From assembly GCA_964456505.1 (NCBI GenBank), contig CAYWAH010000003.1, forward strand, positions 1-58,097: DNA of 58,097 bases, in the 5' to 3' direction. Source of the stretch: an uncultured Clostridium sp. GTDB taxonomy: Bacteria; Bacillota; Clostridia; TANB77; CAG-508. Both the position numbers and the translations under genes were made by a program. Below the pieces are notes generated by a model, which did no database searches, was not told the DNA's origin, and saw only the letters and a program-made list of their open reading frames with translations. This document shows, in pieces, positions 38,135-49,300 of this stretch (position 1 is its first letter; every line of letters begins with the position of its first letter).

Positions 38135-39796
38135 ATGTTAAGGGTTGAAAATATTTCAAAATCTTATAATGGAAAAGATATCTTAAATAATATAAGTTTC
38201 TCTTTGGATGAAGGAGAAAAAGCAGGAATTATTGGATTAAATGGAATTGGAAAAACAACATTATTAAGAATAATTGCAGACGAGGAGAAACCTGATTCAG
38301 GAAAAATAATTAAAGATAAAAATAGTCTTATAGGATACTTTAAACAAGAATTTAAAATATCTGAAGAAGATAGGAATATTGTGAGTTTTATAAAAAAATT
38401 TATAGGAATAGATGTTATTGAAATACATATGAACGAAGCTGAAAAAGCAATGGAAACGGATGAAAGTAAGATTCAAGAGTTTTGTGATTTACAGGAAGAA
38501 TATATGAGACTAGATGGCTATAATATTGATTATAAACTAGATCAAATATTATCTGGACTTGGATTAGATAATACAATTAAAGAAAAGAAAATATCTGAAC
38601 TTTCAGGAGGACAAAAAGAAAAAGTAATGCTTGCAGCTGTTCTTTTAAAAGGAACAGATTTACTTTTGTTGGATGAGCCAACAAATAATTTAGATATAAA
38701 ATCAATAAATTGGTTGGAAAAATATCTAAAAAACAATAATTCACCAATGCTTATTGTATCACATGATAGAAGATTTTTAGATGATGTAATTACCAAAGTT
38801 ATGGAAATAGATTTTTATACTAGAAATATGAAAGAATATCCTGGAAATTATAGTGAGTACAAAAAATTTAAGGAAGATGAACAAAATGCTCAACTTAGAA
38901 AATACAATGAACAACAAGAGAAGATTGGAGAACTAAGAAAAAGCATTACTCAAAAGAAGGAATGGGCACAAAAAGGAAATAAGCAAGGAGTATCTGATAA
39001 CGATAAGTATACGAGAGGATATATTAGGGATAGATCACAAGGGTTAGCAAGTAATGCAAAAAAAATTGAATCTCAAATTAGCCAAATGAATAAAATAGAA
39101 AGACCTAAAATAAAGAACAAATTACATATTGATATAAATGGAGATAAAACAAAAGGAAATAAAAATATTGACACAAAAGACCTTGTATCTGGATATGAGG
39201 ACGGATTTAAAAATGAGCCAGTTACTACACATATAAAATATGGTGATAGATTAGTTATCATAGGTGATAATGGTTCAGGAAAATCAACTTTTTTAAGAAC
39301 TTTGATTGGAAAACAAAAACCAATTTCTGGTGAACAAAGCATAGGCAGTGGAGTAAAAATAGGTTATTTAGCACAAGATACAAAAGAAAATACAAATGAA
39401 ACGATAGAAGATTACTTCAAGAAATCAATTAACTATGCTAATTTAGAAGATAAATCTTTAATTTATACGGTACTTAAACAATTCAATTTTGATTACGAAG
39501 AAAGAACAAAAAAATATTCTATGTTAAGTCCAGGAGAAAGGGCTAGATTAAAATTAGCAATTTTCTCGATGCAAGATATAAATACTCTTGTTTGCGATGA
39601 ACCAACGAATCATTTGGATATAGAAGCATTAGAAGCTATTGAAGAAGTACTTAAGGATTTCGACGGAACAGTTATAGCAATAAGTCATGATAGAGAATTT
39701 ATAAAAAATATAGACCCAACTAAAGTTTTAAAATTTTCAGATGGAAAAGTAGAAGTAATTTATCACAAAGATCAAGATGATAAAACAATACTATAA
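38135..39796 (+). CDS. ABC-F family ribosome-associated ATPase (ribosome-protection-like)
   Basis: Tandem NBDs ('GLNGIGKTT', 'LSGGQK', 'LLDEPTNNLD'; 'GDNGSGKST', 'LSPGER', 'CDEPTNHLD'), no TM segments, long inter-domain linker. Confidence 0.92.
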   Translation: MLRVENISKSYNGKDILNNISFSLDEGEKAGIIGLNGIGKTTLLRIIADEEKPDSGKIIKDKNSLIGYFKQEFKISEEDRNIVSFIKKFIGIDVIEIHMNEAEKAMETDESKIQEFCDLQEEYMRLDGYNIDYKLDQILSGLGLDNTIKEKKISELSGGQKEKVMLAAVLLKGTDLLLLDEPTNNLDIKSINWLEKYLKNNNSPMLIVSHDRRFLDDVITKVMEIDFYTRNMKEYPGNYSEYKKFKEDEQNAQLRKYNEQQEKIGELRKSITQKKEWAQKGNKQGVSDNDKYTRGYIRDRSQGLASNAKKIESQISQMNKIERPKIKNKLHIDINGDKTKGNKNIDTKDLVSGYEDGFKNEPVTTHIKYGDRLVIIGDNGSGKSTFLRTLIGKQKPISGEQSIGSGVKIGYLAQDTKENTNETIEDYFKKSINYANLEDKSLIYTVLKQFNFDYEERTKKYSMLSPGERARLKLAIFSMQDINTLVCDEPTNHLDIEALEAIEEVLKDFDGTVIAISHDREFIKNIDPTKVLKFSDGKVEVIYHKDQDDKTIL

Positions 39797-39840
39797 ACTT
39801 TGAGAAACAATAAAAATATTAAAAAGAAGGTAAATATATT

Positions 39841-40482
39841 ATGGATAAGAAAAATTTAGAAAACATGAATGTTATTTTTGCAACCAGTAATCAAGGTAAA
39901 ATTAATCAGGTAAAAGAGATTTTTAAATTAAATAATGTGTTACTAAATATAAAATCAGAGAAGGAAATTAATTTTAATGAAGAGGTAGTAGAGGATGGTC
40001 AAACATTTGAAGAAAATTCTAAAATAAAAGCACTAACATTAAAACAATTTTGTGATAAAAATAAAATAAAGTATGATATGATTTTAGCAGATGATTCTGG
40101 AATATGCGTAGATGCTTTAAATGGTGAACCTGGAGTGTATTCAGCAAGATATGCTGGTAAAACTAAAACCAGTCAAGAAAAACTTGATTTTATTTTAAAT
40201 AAAATGAAAAAATACAAAACATCAGATGAAAGAAAAGCTCATTTTGTTTCTGTTATTACTGCGATATTTAAAGATGGTAAACTAATTCAAACTCGCGGAG
40301 AATGCAATGGACATTTGGCTGATCATTACAATGTTATTTGTAGATTAACATATAATCCTATATTTATTCCAGAAGGTTTTGACAAACCAATAGGAGAAAT
40401 GAGTGAAGAAGAATTTAAGAACGTTCACAATCATAGAGAAATTGCATTAAGAAAACTATTTGATTTACTATATAAAATGTAA
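39841..40482 (+). CDS. Non-canonical purine NTP pyrophosphatase family (RdgB/HAM1/ITPase), divergent
   Basis: 'FATSNQGK', 'EDGQTFEENSKIKA', 'ADDSG..VDALNGEPGVYSARYAG'; the usual FGYDP and SHR motifs read LTYNP and NHR. Confidence 0.88.
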   Translation: MDKKNLENMNVIFATSNQGKINQVKEIFKLNNVLLNIKSEKEINFNEEVVEDGQTFEENSKIKALTLKQFCDKNKIKYDMILADDSGICVDALNGEPGVYSARYAGKTKTSQEKLDFILNKMKKYKTSDERKAHFVSVITAIFKDGKLIQTRGECNGHLADHYNVICRLTYNPIFIPEGFDKPIGEMSEEEFKNVHNHREIALRKLFDLLYKM

Positions 40483-40752
40483 AAGATTGCAATAAAAAAG
40501 TAGATATAGATAAGTGTATATATAATAAAACTGATGAAATCTAAAAGAGAGGTAGAGAAGTAGGCAACTAGACAGCGATAGGTTTATAAAAAATAAAATG
40601 TATAATTGCGTGAAACCAAAGTATTCTCCGCGAATAAAGTTGCGTGAAATTAAACTTTTGCGCAACTTGAAGTAGGAGTTAATATAACTGACTGAAATGC
40701 TTGTAAAATCTATATTTTAAGGAATAAACCTATATTGTTTTTTTCTAAAAAC

Positions 40753-41172
40753 GCCTTAAAATCGATTCTCGTGCGTCGCTTTTTTGGCGTTATTACTGCA
40801 TTTTCAGCATTTAAGCTAAATCCAGTATTTTTAGAAAAATTTCATATACATACATATTAAATTAAATTATTTTAAATCAAATTTAGATTCCAATAAATAT
40901 TCTAACGATTAACTTTATAACTTTAATAATTAAATGGCTTAAAAACGATTCTGGTGCGTTCAAATTATAAAATTATTTTAGAACTCATTATATTAATTTG
41001 ATCATTATAATATTTATAAATCATCAATTATAAATTTCTAATTTAAAATTAGTTTTCTAAAATCTTAAGCTTATTAGTAAAAATCTTATAAATCCAATAA
41101 ATACGCAATTTACAGACAACAAGTTATATGTCTAATTTTTTAAAATGGCTTAAATGCGATTCTCGAAAGCCG
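40753..41172. repeat. Three dispersed ~22-bp direct repeats in a 1.2-kb non-coding tract
   Basis: GCCTTAAAATCGATTCTCGTGCG (40753), GGCTTAAAAACGATTCTGGTGCG (40936), GGCTTAAATGCGATTCTCG (41147). Confidence 0.6.
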
Positions 41173-41735
41173 TTTTTTAGGCATACTTATTGAATTTGTA
41201 GGTTTTCAAAAATTATATAACAAATGTTCGTCTTTGACATTTTCTTGTTTGGAAATTAAAAATTTTCTTTGCTGAACAAATTTTAATATATTTATAAATT
41301 ATTTTAGAAAAGAAAATTTTTTTAATCATATCATTTTATATTTAACTTCACTTTATATTTAGCTTAATTTAGTTTAATTTCATTTTATTTCACTTCATTT
41401 TATTCTACTTTTAATATATTTACAAATGATTTCTGCTGTTTCATTGTTTCCAATTTCTGAATCTATGCATAAATCATAATTCTCCTTACTTCCCTACTCC
41501 TGTTTTTCATATGAAAAATTATTTGTTAACCTAAAAACTATATTGTTTTCGCTAATACTCCTGCTTTTAGATAAAACATCATTTGTTAACACTTTAATTT
41601 TTTCGTTATATGATTTTCTAAGCATAAAGGCGCTTCTGCCATTTTGTTTTTTTCTTTCATTTTAAACCTCCTAAACGCAAAAAAATAGTATGTAAATATT
41701 TAAAATTTACAATCGCATTTTAGTTGCTATGTAAT

Positions 41736-42935
41736 TTAAAATCTAATAATTTTATTATATGTAGAAATTGCATAATTATCTGTCATTCCTGAAATGTAGT
41801 AAATAATTGCTTTTGAATAAGATTTTAGATCATTCACATCAAACAAAATCTCATTTTCATTATTAGAATTTCGTTCAAGGTTCCAATAATTTTTAAGCCA
41901 AATCTCAAAATCATTTATTACATCAGGATACAAAAATCTTACCTTTTCTCTTTCATTTGTTTTGTCTTTATCGTAAAACGAATTTTTCAAAACCTCATAA
42001 ATCTTATTAATGATAATTTTAAAATAATCTGTAGAATTTTCCAACTTTTCAGACAAATAAATATTTTGATAGTTAAACATCTTTAACTTGTTAACGACAT
42101 TAAACATATCATCTGAAAAACATAAACCATTTTCAATAGATGAATTACTGCAAAGATCATATATCAAATCATGAATAATTGTAGTATTATTTATCTTTTT
42201 ATCTCTACTCACATTTAATAAATTATAAAGTTCATCCAATTGTTCATCTAGAATTCCAAGAGTAACACCATCAATAATATCTCTACCTAAATAAGAAATT
42301 TTGTCTGCAATTTTTACAACGCATGCTTCCCAAGTATATGGAGCAAACTGATTAGGTGTTTTATAATCACTCAAATCAATACATTCATTTCTAGGCTTTA
42401 ATTTGTTTTCATCAATCTCGCCACAATGTGAAATGATTCCATCTCTGACAGCATAGGTCAAGTCAAGATTTTGTAAATTTCCATTTGGATTTTCTAATAT
42501 TTCTATTTTGTCCACTAAGTCTAATCCATTTTTCTCATGCCAAAAAGTTTCTCCTATATCCCTCTGAGAAATTTCAGATAATATCTTTTCTCCTTGATGC
42601 CCAAACGGACTATGTCCTAAATCATGTGCTGTTGCAATTGCTTTGGTTAACTCTGTATTTAGTCCTAAATTTTTTGCAATAGTATATGAAATAGATTCAA
42701 CTAAAACAACATGCTCAATTCTTGTACATATGTGGTCATTCTCTGGAGCAAAGAATACTTGAGTTTTGTGCTTTAATCTCCTATATGCTTGGCTATGTAT
42801 TATTCTAGTATAATCTCTTTCAAACTCTGAACGAATATCGTTGTTTCTTGAGTATAATGTTTTTTCTCTTTTTATAGCATTGTTCCATTTTTCATTGTTT
42901 TCAAATGTTGCAACATCTCTGAAATTCTCTTTCAT
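41736..42935 (-). CDS. dgt: Deoxyguanosinetriphosphate triphosphohydrolase-like HD protein
   Basis: 'RSEFERDYTRIIHSQAYRRLKHKTQVF', 'TRIEH', 'HDLGHSPFGHQGE', 'ADKISY', 'YISGMTDNYA'. Confidence 0.9.
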   Translation of the reverse strand: MKENFRDVATFENNEKWNNAIKREKTLYSRNNDIRSEFERDYTRIIHSQAYRRLKHKTQVFFAPENDHICTRIEHVVLVESISYTIAKNLGLNTELTKAIATAHDLGHSPFGHQGEKILSEISQRDIGETFWHEKNGLDLVDKIEILENPNGNLQNLDLTYAVRDGIISHCGEIDENKLKPRNECIDLSDYKTPNQFAPYTWEACVVKIADKISYLGRDIIDGVTLGILDEQLDELYNLLNVSRDKKINNTTIIHDLIYDLCSNSSIENGLCFSDDMFNVVNKLKMFNYQNIYLSEKLENSTDYFKIIINKIYEVLKNSFYDKDKTNEREKVRFLYPDVINDFEIWLKNYWNLERNSNNENEILFDVNDLKSYSKAIIYYISGMTDNYAISTYNKIIRF

Positions 42936-43097
42936 ATTAACACCTCTATGATTAATTTACTATTTAAAATTATATTTTTAACTAAAATAACACCAATTTT
43001 TTCAGATTATAAATATTAAATATTTTTTATTCTAATATCATTAAACTATCAAAGGTTAATTTATTGATAACAATACCATTTTTACTTCAAATAAATT

Positions 43098-43610
43098 TTA
43101 ATTTAATATTTGTTTTAAAATTTCTTCTATTGATTTTCTAACATATTGCGAAGCTTGTTCATCTTTAATATATTGATTATTTGTTTTTCTTACTACATCT
43201 CCCAACTGAATATCATCAGGTAAATCATTTTTGGAAACAACATATTTGTATTCGGCATTATTTTTGTATTGAGCAAGTTTGTATCTATTTAATTCAGTAT
43301 CATTTTTATATTTGTTTGTAACTAGAAATAGATTGCCATCAGGATTAACTTCTGAATTGCTAAAATAGTTTTGTAAAAATTCGTCTTTCTTTCTGTTAAA
43401 TTCAAAATATTGCTCTTGTGTAAAATTAAAATTCTTGTCAATAAATTCATCAATACTATAATAATTTTGAATTCCTTCAAAAAGATTATTATTTTCATTA
43501 CTTAATTTCTTATCATAATTTTCCAAAGCGTTGCTTAACTCCTTTAAAAAACTTTCTATAAGATTATTGTTTTGTAGGTTTTGCACAAAATTGTTTATTT
43601 CTAAATTCAA
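43098..43610 (-). CDS. Hypothetical protein
   Basis: 170-aa ORF with GGAG RBS. Confidence 0.7.
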   Translation of the reverse strand: MNLEINNFVQNLQNNNLIESFLKELSNALENYDKKLSNENNNLFEGIQNYYSIDEFIDKNFNFTQEQYFEFNRKKDEFLQNYFSNSEVNPDGNLFLVTNKYKNDTELNRYKLAQYKNNAEYKYVVSKNDLPDDIQLGDVVRKTNNQYIKDEQASQYVRKSIEEILKQILN

Positions 43611-43920
43611 TTTTTCTCCTTATATATTACATTTAATCACGTACTATAATATCAAAAAAGTGTCTAAAAATCAAGGCTTTATCTAACAAACCATTTTGCA
43701 AATCTTGACATAATAGAATTCTTTTTTACAAAAAATTACATAAAAACTTATATAATTATTTTACTATAAATCAAACATTATTTAATATTCGATTTTTGTT
43801 AGATAATTTAAGCTTTTATAATAAAAACGAAGAAAGAATAACCTCTTCCTTCGTTCATAAAATTTAAAATTGCAAATTAAAATTTTTAGATTATAAAATT
43901 TAGTTGCAAAAAATTTTTTA

Positions 43921-46011
43921 TTATTTACTTATTACCGTAAATTTTTTACTTAAGCTGTGCATGTTCCCTGCTTTATCAGTCAATAAAATATTTAAATAAT
44001 AATCTCCTTCTTTATCTCCTGTATTAAATTTAAATTCATTTAAATTATCCATTGGATTAGCATTAGAATACTCTTCATCCATTTCTTCATTAGGATTATG
44101 ACTAAAGCCACCTTGGTTTGCATAGTTTTTAAAATAATAATAAGTATTAGACGATAGGTAAATAGGATAATTTTGAATAAACCATTTGCAATTTGCTTTG
44201 TCAATGCCAGATTCATTTTCAATAACATTTAATTTTACATTAACATCTGTATTAGTATTTAATTCAACATTGCTATCAGATGAATCATTCAGTGTAATAG
44301 AGGCATCTGGTACAACATCATCAACAACTGTAAATGTTGAATATCCTGAGTCTTCAACTTTATCATTTGCAAATCTTGCATAAATACAACTTCCTATATC
44401 AACATTTGTTAAGGTTATATCCACTCCTGGCTTATTTGCTCTTATCCATTTGTCATTTTTAATTTCTTCAGCTGACTTATTTTCATCTGCTTTAACAATT
44501 TGATATTCAATATAATATTGTGGGAAATTTTTACTTGAGTTAATTACAACATTTGCTTTCCCATCTGACCAGCTTTTTGTATTAAATGTTACTTTAGGAA
44601 CATAATCTTTATCATAACTTAAAATATATTTATCGTTTCCTTTTCCAGTATGTTTATATACATCAACATACGTTCCTTCTTTCAATTCAATAACAGGTCT
44701 AATGCCGTTACATCCAGAAATTATATTAGTAGATGTTAATTTAGGATTAATCTCATAACTATATCCATACAATTTTCCTTGATAATTATCATTATTAACT
44801 GCAGATGATAAATAGCATGAAATTCCATTATAATTTGGTGCTATTATATCATTATTTTTTTCTGAATTATAATAGCCTGATGAGTAAGGACTAAATCTTA
44901 CATTATCCTCCATATTTTGAATATGGACCCCTGTAATTAAATTCTTTTGTTTTTCATCTATATACATGCTCATATCTCTTGGTTGATACTTATTATAATC
45001 TTTTTTTCTTGTACCATTAGATAAAATATACTCTGCATTGAATGCATCAGAATAACTGCTTCCATTGTATACAAAGTTTTCTGGTATACCAGCATGTATT
45101 AAACTTTTTACATATCGTTTATTGCCAATTTTTTCTCCCCATTCATATACTTGCCAGCCATCAGGAAAAGTAGATTTATCGTTATATGATTCATTGATAC
45201 TTTTATTTCTGTCAACAATTATTTGATTATTATCCATATAATCTTTATAGCTTTCATCACCTTTATATGTAAATCCACCAAATGTATAAGAATAATCTAA
45301 ATCAGTAAATGAATCTGTAGATTCATCATAATAAGAATCTTGACTTAGATGTTTTGGATTAGCATTATATAGTGATTTTAAATTATCAATTTCATCTTTT
45401 ATCCATACACCTGCATTATATTCTACCATATCTTCAGATATATAATTATAGGAAGTATTTGTTAAAATAAGTGAAGTATAGTTTCCAACTTTATCATTGT
45501 TAACTAATCTAGCAAAAATTTTATCGTTATCATTTAAGTCCTTAATAGAAACATTCTCACCTTTATTTTTTTCTCTAATCCATTTACTATTTTCAATTTC
45601 TTCTTCATTTTTTATTTCTTCATTATATGGTGAAATTAAATATTCAATGTAACAATTTTTATCGTTTGTTGAAATATCTACGCTTGCCTTATTTGAATCC
45701 CATTTTATATTATTAAATGAAATATTACTTCTAGCATCAGGCACATAATCATTATCACTTTTTAACACATATTTATCATCTTCATATCCTGTATTTTCTG
45801 AAGTATCAATATAAACACCATCTTTTAGATTAATTACTATTCTAATTCCATCTGCATAATCTGATGAACCATTGGTGTCATGATTATTATATTCCATTTC
45901 ATATAAGTAATTATTTTTTTGTCCATAACAATCTTCTTGAATTGACTCACATGCTGTTGATGTAAGATATAATCCACTATTTTTTTTCAAGAACATTATC
46001 AAGAAGTTCAA
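43921..46011 (-). pseudogene. 5'-truncated large surface-protein-like gene with an internal duplication
   Basis: No RBS or signal peptide at the TTG start and stops or frameshifts just upstream; two ~130-aa repeats starting 'GIRIVINLKDGVYID' and 'GIRPVIELKEGTYVD'. Confidence 0.55.
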
Positions 46012-46190
46012 TCTTTTGCACTCTCATTACTTGTCTATAATGCAAAAGAAAAAGAACCTTTGTTAGTTTCATCTTAACATAAAAGTGAGCCACATGCAAG
46101 TGGCCCACTATGACATAATTAAAAAATAATTTTAATATTTTTTATGACATTTTTAAAAGTTATTGACAGCTTTTCAGAAGGTATAAAAAT

Positions 46191-46224
46191 AGCCAAGTGT
46201 TCTAAATGCTTAAAACACTTGGCT
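46191..46224 (-). terminator. Terminator downstream of the 1894-aa gene
   Basis: AGCCAAGTGTT-12 nt-AACACTTGGCT with A/T tracts on both sides. Confidence 0.65.
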
Positions 46225-46304
46225 TTAAAAGAATATTAAATTTTTATTACAATTTTGTAATTTAATCAAAAATATAATATTTTTTTAAATATCTAAAAAG
46301 CAAA

Positions 46305-49300
46305 TTATAAATTATCTTTAATTCTTTGCGTTTTTGTAAAATAAATAATAATAAAAGTAAGTAATATTATCATTATTAAAATTACAATATAAAGCTTGCT
46401 ACCAGTTTTTGGTATTGGCTTATTGGCTTTATTTTCTTCTTGTTGATCTTTTTCAATATCATTGATTTCGATGTTTAAATTTATAGAATTTGTATTGACT
46501 TTCTTATCACTTTCAGAAGTATTTGAAATAGAATTAGTAGTTAAATTATCATTTACTTGATTGTTATTATTTTTTTGATAAATTGTAGATTGAGTATTGG
46601 TTTTAGATTCTGTATTTGCAGAATTTTCTTTTTTTGTGTTATTATTTAAAGCCGAACTATTACTATCTACTTTGTTTTTATCTGTACTTGAATCATTCTT
46701 AATATTAGAATTATTTTTTTCATTGTTACTTGATTGTATATCTTGATGATTTTTATTTTCATTTGAACTAGAATTTGTATTAGTATTTGGCTCCTTTTCT
46801 GTTGTTGCATTCGATTTTTTGTCGTTACTTTCAGAACTAGTTGTATTAGAAATTGTATTTGACTTGGTGTTAGACTTTGTTTCTTCATTTGATATATTTG
46901 TATTATTTGAATCAACATTAGTATTTGATTCTGTATTAGAATTACTCTTGGTATCTGAACCTGTATCAGATTTGTTAGTAGAGTTAGTATTATTTGATGT
47001 CAAATTGTATCTTACTTTGCTTAAATCTCCCCATCCATCATTTGAATAAGTTTCTTTACCGATAGTATCTCCTTCTTCATTAAATGAAGTAATTTTTACA
47101 TAATCTACGTCAAATTCTGTAGTATCAAAATTTGCATCTCCTGCCCATCCATTAGGAAACCAAATTCCAACCCAAAAACGCCCTCTATTTGTTGGAACAT
47201 GAGTTGTATTAGTAGCAATTAATTTGTTATCAACATAGAAATCAACTCTTTTACTTTCAGTACTTGAGCCTGTGTGCCAATCAAATCTATATGTATGATA
47301 TTTTCCATCATTAACTGCACTTTCTAATTTTGCATGAGTAGATGTGTACTCGTTTCCCCTTTCTCCTACAAACGTATTACATAAAGCATAATTATAATCT
47401 GTTGCTGACTTTGCGCCATCAGGTCTTCCAGGTAACTCAATATCAATTTCATGATTTACTACATAATAACTAGCATTCTTGTTAGGAGCAAGTTTTTCAA
47501 ATTCTTCACTTCCAGGATAATATTCTTCATATTCAAAAGTCCACATTGCAGAACATGCACCAAGTTCTTGTGGCAATTTTGCTTTAATTTCATAGCTACC
47601 TGATCCATAATAATCTTTAGTTACAAGGCATGCGCCTGTTCTAGTACCTTCATCAGATTTATATCCTTTTACATTTCCTGTATAATTGTTTCCATTGCCA
47701 AATAACCTTAAAATTCCATTGTCTACAAGTACATTTTCTGGAACAACGCCATGATTGTTTCCACCCCATGCTTTGTTTGCAACAAGCCACTTTGAAGAAT
47801 CAAGTTTATTATTAAAATCTTCAAATAAAACACTAGAGCTGTTCAAACTTGAAGAAGCATTATTATCTTCATTATTTGAAGATTTATTAGAATCATCTTT
47901 TGATGAACTTGAATTATTTGATTGTGTATTATCTTTAAATTCACTCGAACTATTTGATGTATTGTCTTTCGAATCAGTTGAGCTATTAGTTTCACCAGCT
48001 TTGCTATAAACAAAGTATCCTAAATAATTTGCTTTTAAGTCATCATTCCAATCATAATAATTTGCAAATTGAATTGGCAAATATGGAGTACCATCATCTA
48101 GATAACCACTCGAAAGTTGCAAATAAACTTTATATTTACCATCTTTCAAATCAGAAGGAATGTCTAATTCAGAATCTTCATCATAAGTTTCACTATTTAA
48201 AATATTTCTAACATCAAAATTATCAAGTGTTTTTGAATAAACTTTATTTCCATTCTCATCAACAAAAATTATAGTACCATCTGTCTTTTTGATTACAGGT
48301 GAAAAGCCTTTATTTTCAATGCTAAATTGTAACTTTATTTTATCGTTTTTACTAACTTTTTCACTAACTAAACTTTTTCTTAAAATCAATCTATATCCCA
48401 AATGAGATTCAACATAATCATAATCTGAATAACCATCTTTTACTCTAAAATTATAATCATAACTATTATACTTGTTTTTCTTCCATTCGTTTAATAATTT
48501 TTGATCCCATTCATAATTTAAATATGTTGTATGAGTTTTTCTTGCCTCGTTTTCAAAGTTGGTCATCAAACTATATTTATTTATATAATCATATCCATCA
48601 ACCTTTGCACTGTCATCATAATTAGGTAATGCTTCTCCTCCAAATGGTGTATGCAAAGTTTGATTTTTAAGCCAATTTATTTCTTCATATCTATTGCTGT
48701 AAGTACCTAAATCAGATTCATCCCCAAGGTATCCATCATCATACATTCCAACTCTATAAATGTCCTGGCCTTTTGTTGTTGTAACTTTTGAAATATTTGA
48801 AATTGTAATATCTTTTAAAGAATCGTCTTTAGTTTTTGCCCATCCCAACCATTGAGCAGGTATTCTTACAGAAATGGTAATATCATCAGGAGTATTCGCA
48901 ATATAAGCGTCTAATGCTTTATTGAAATTTTCTTGAGTACACATTGATGTAGAATGAAGTTCTCCATAGGCGCCAAACATACCCATTTGAATATTTAAAA
49001 TTGTGCTTTCATATTTATTAAAGATGCCTTTCATCTGTGAAATATGTTTGCAAATCATATCAATTGATGGCTCAACATATCTTTGTCCATTTTCATCAAG
49101 TTTGCCTTCACTATTCTTTATTCCATCATTGTTTTTATCATATACAAATCTTAAAATAACACTTTGATTATTATTCTTTATATTTGCTAATGTTTCATCA
49201 AGTGCATTTAAAGCATCATCTGTTAATTCAACATCTTTACCAGATTTATTCTGTGCACCAGAAAAATCACTTAATTCAACACATAGCCAATTCAAATTAC

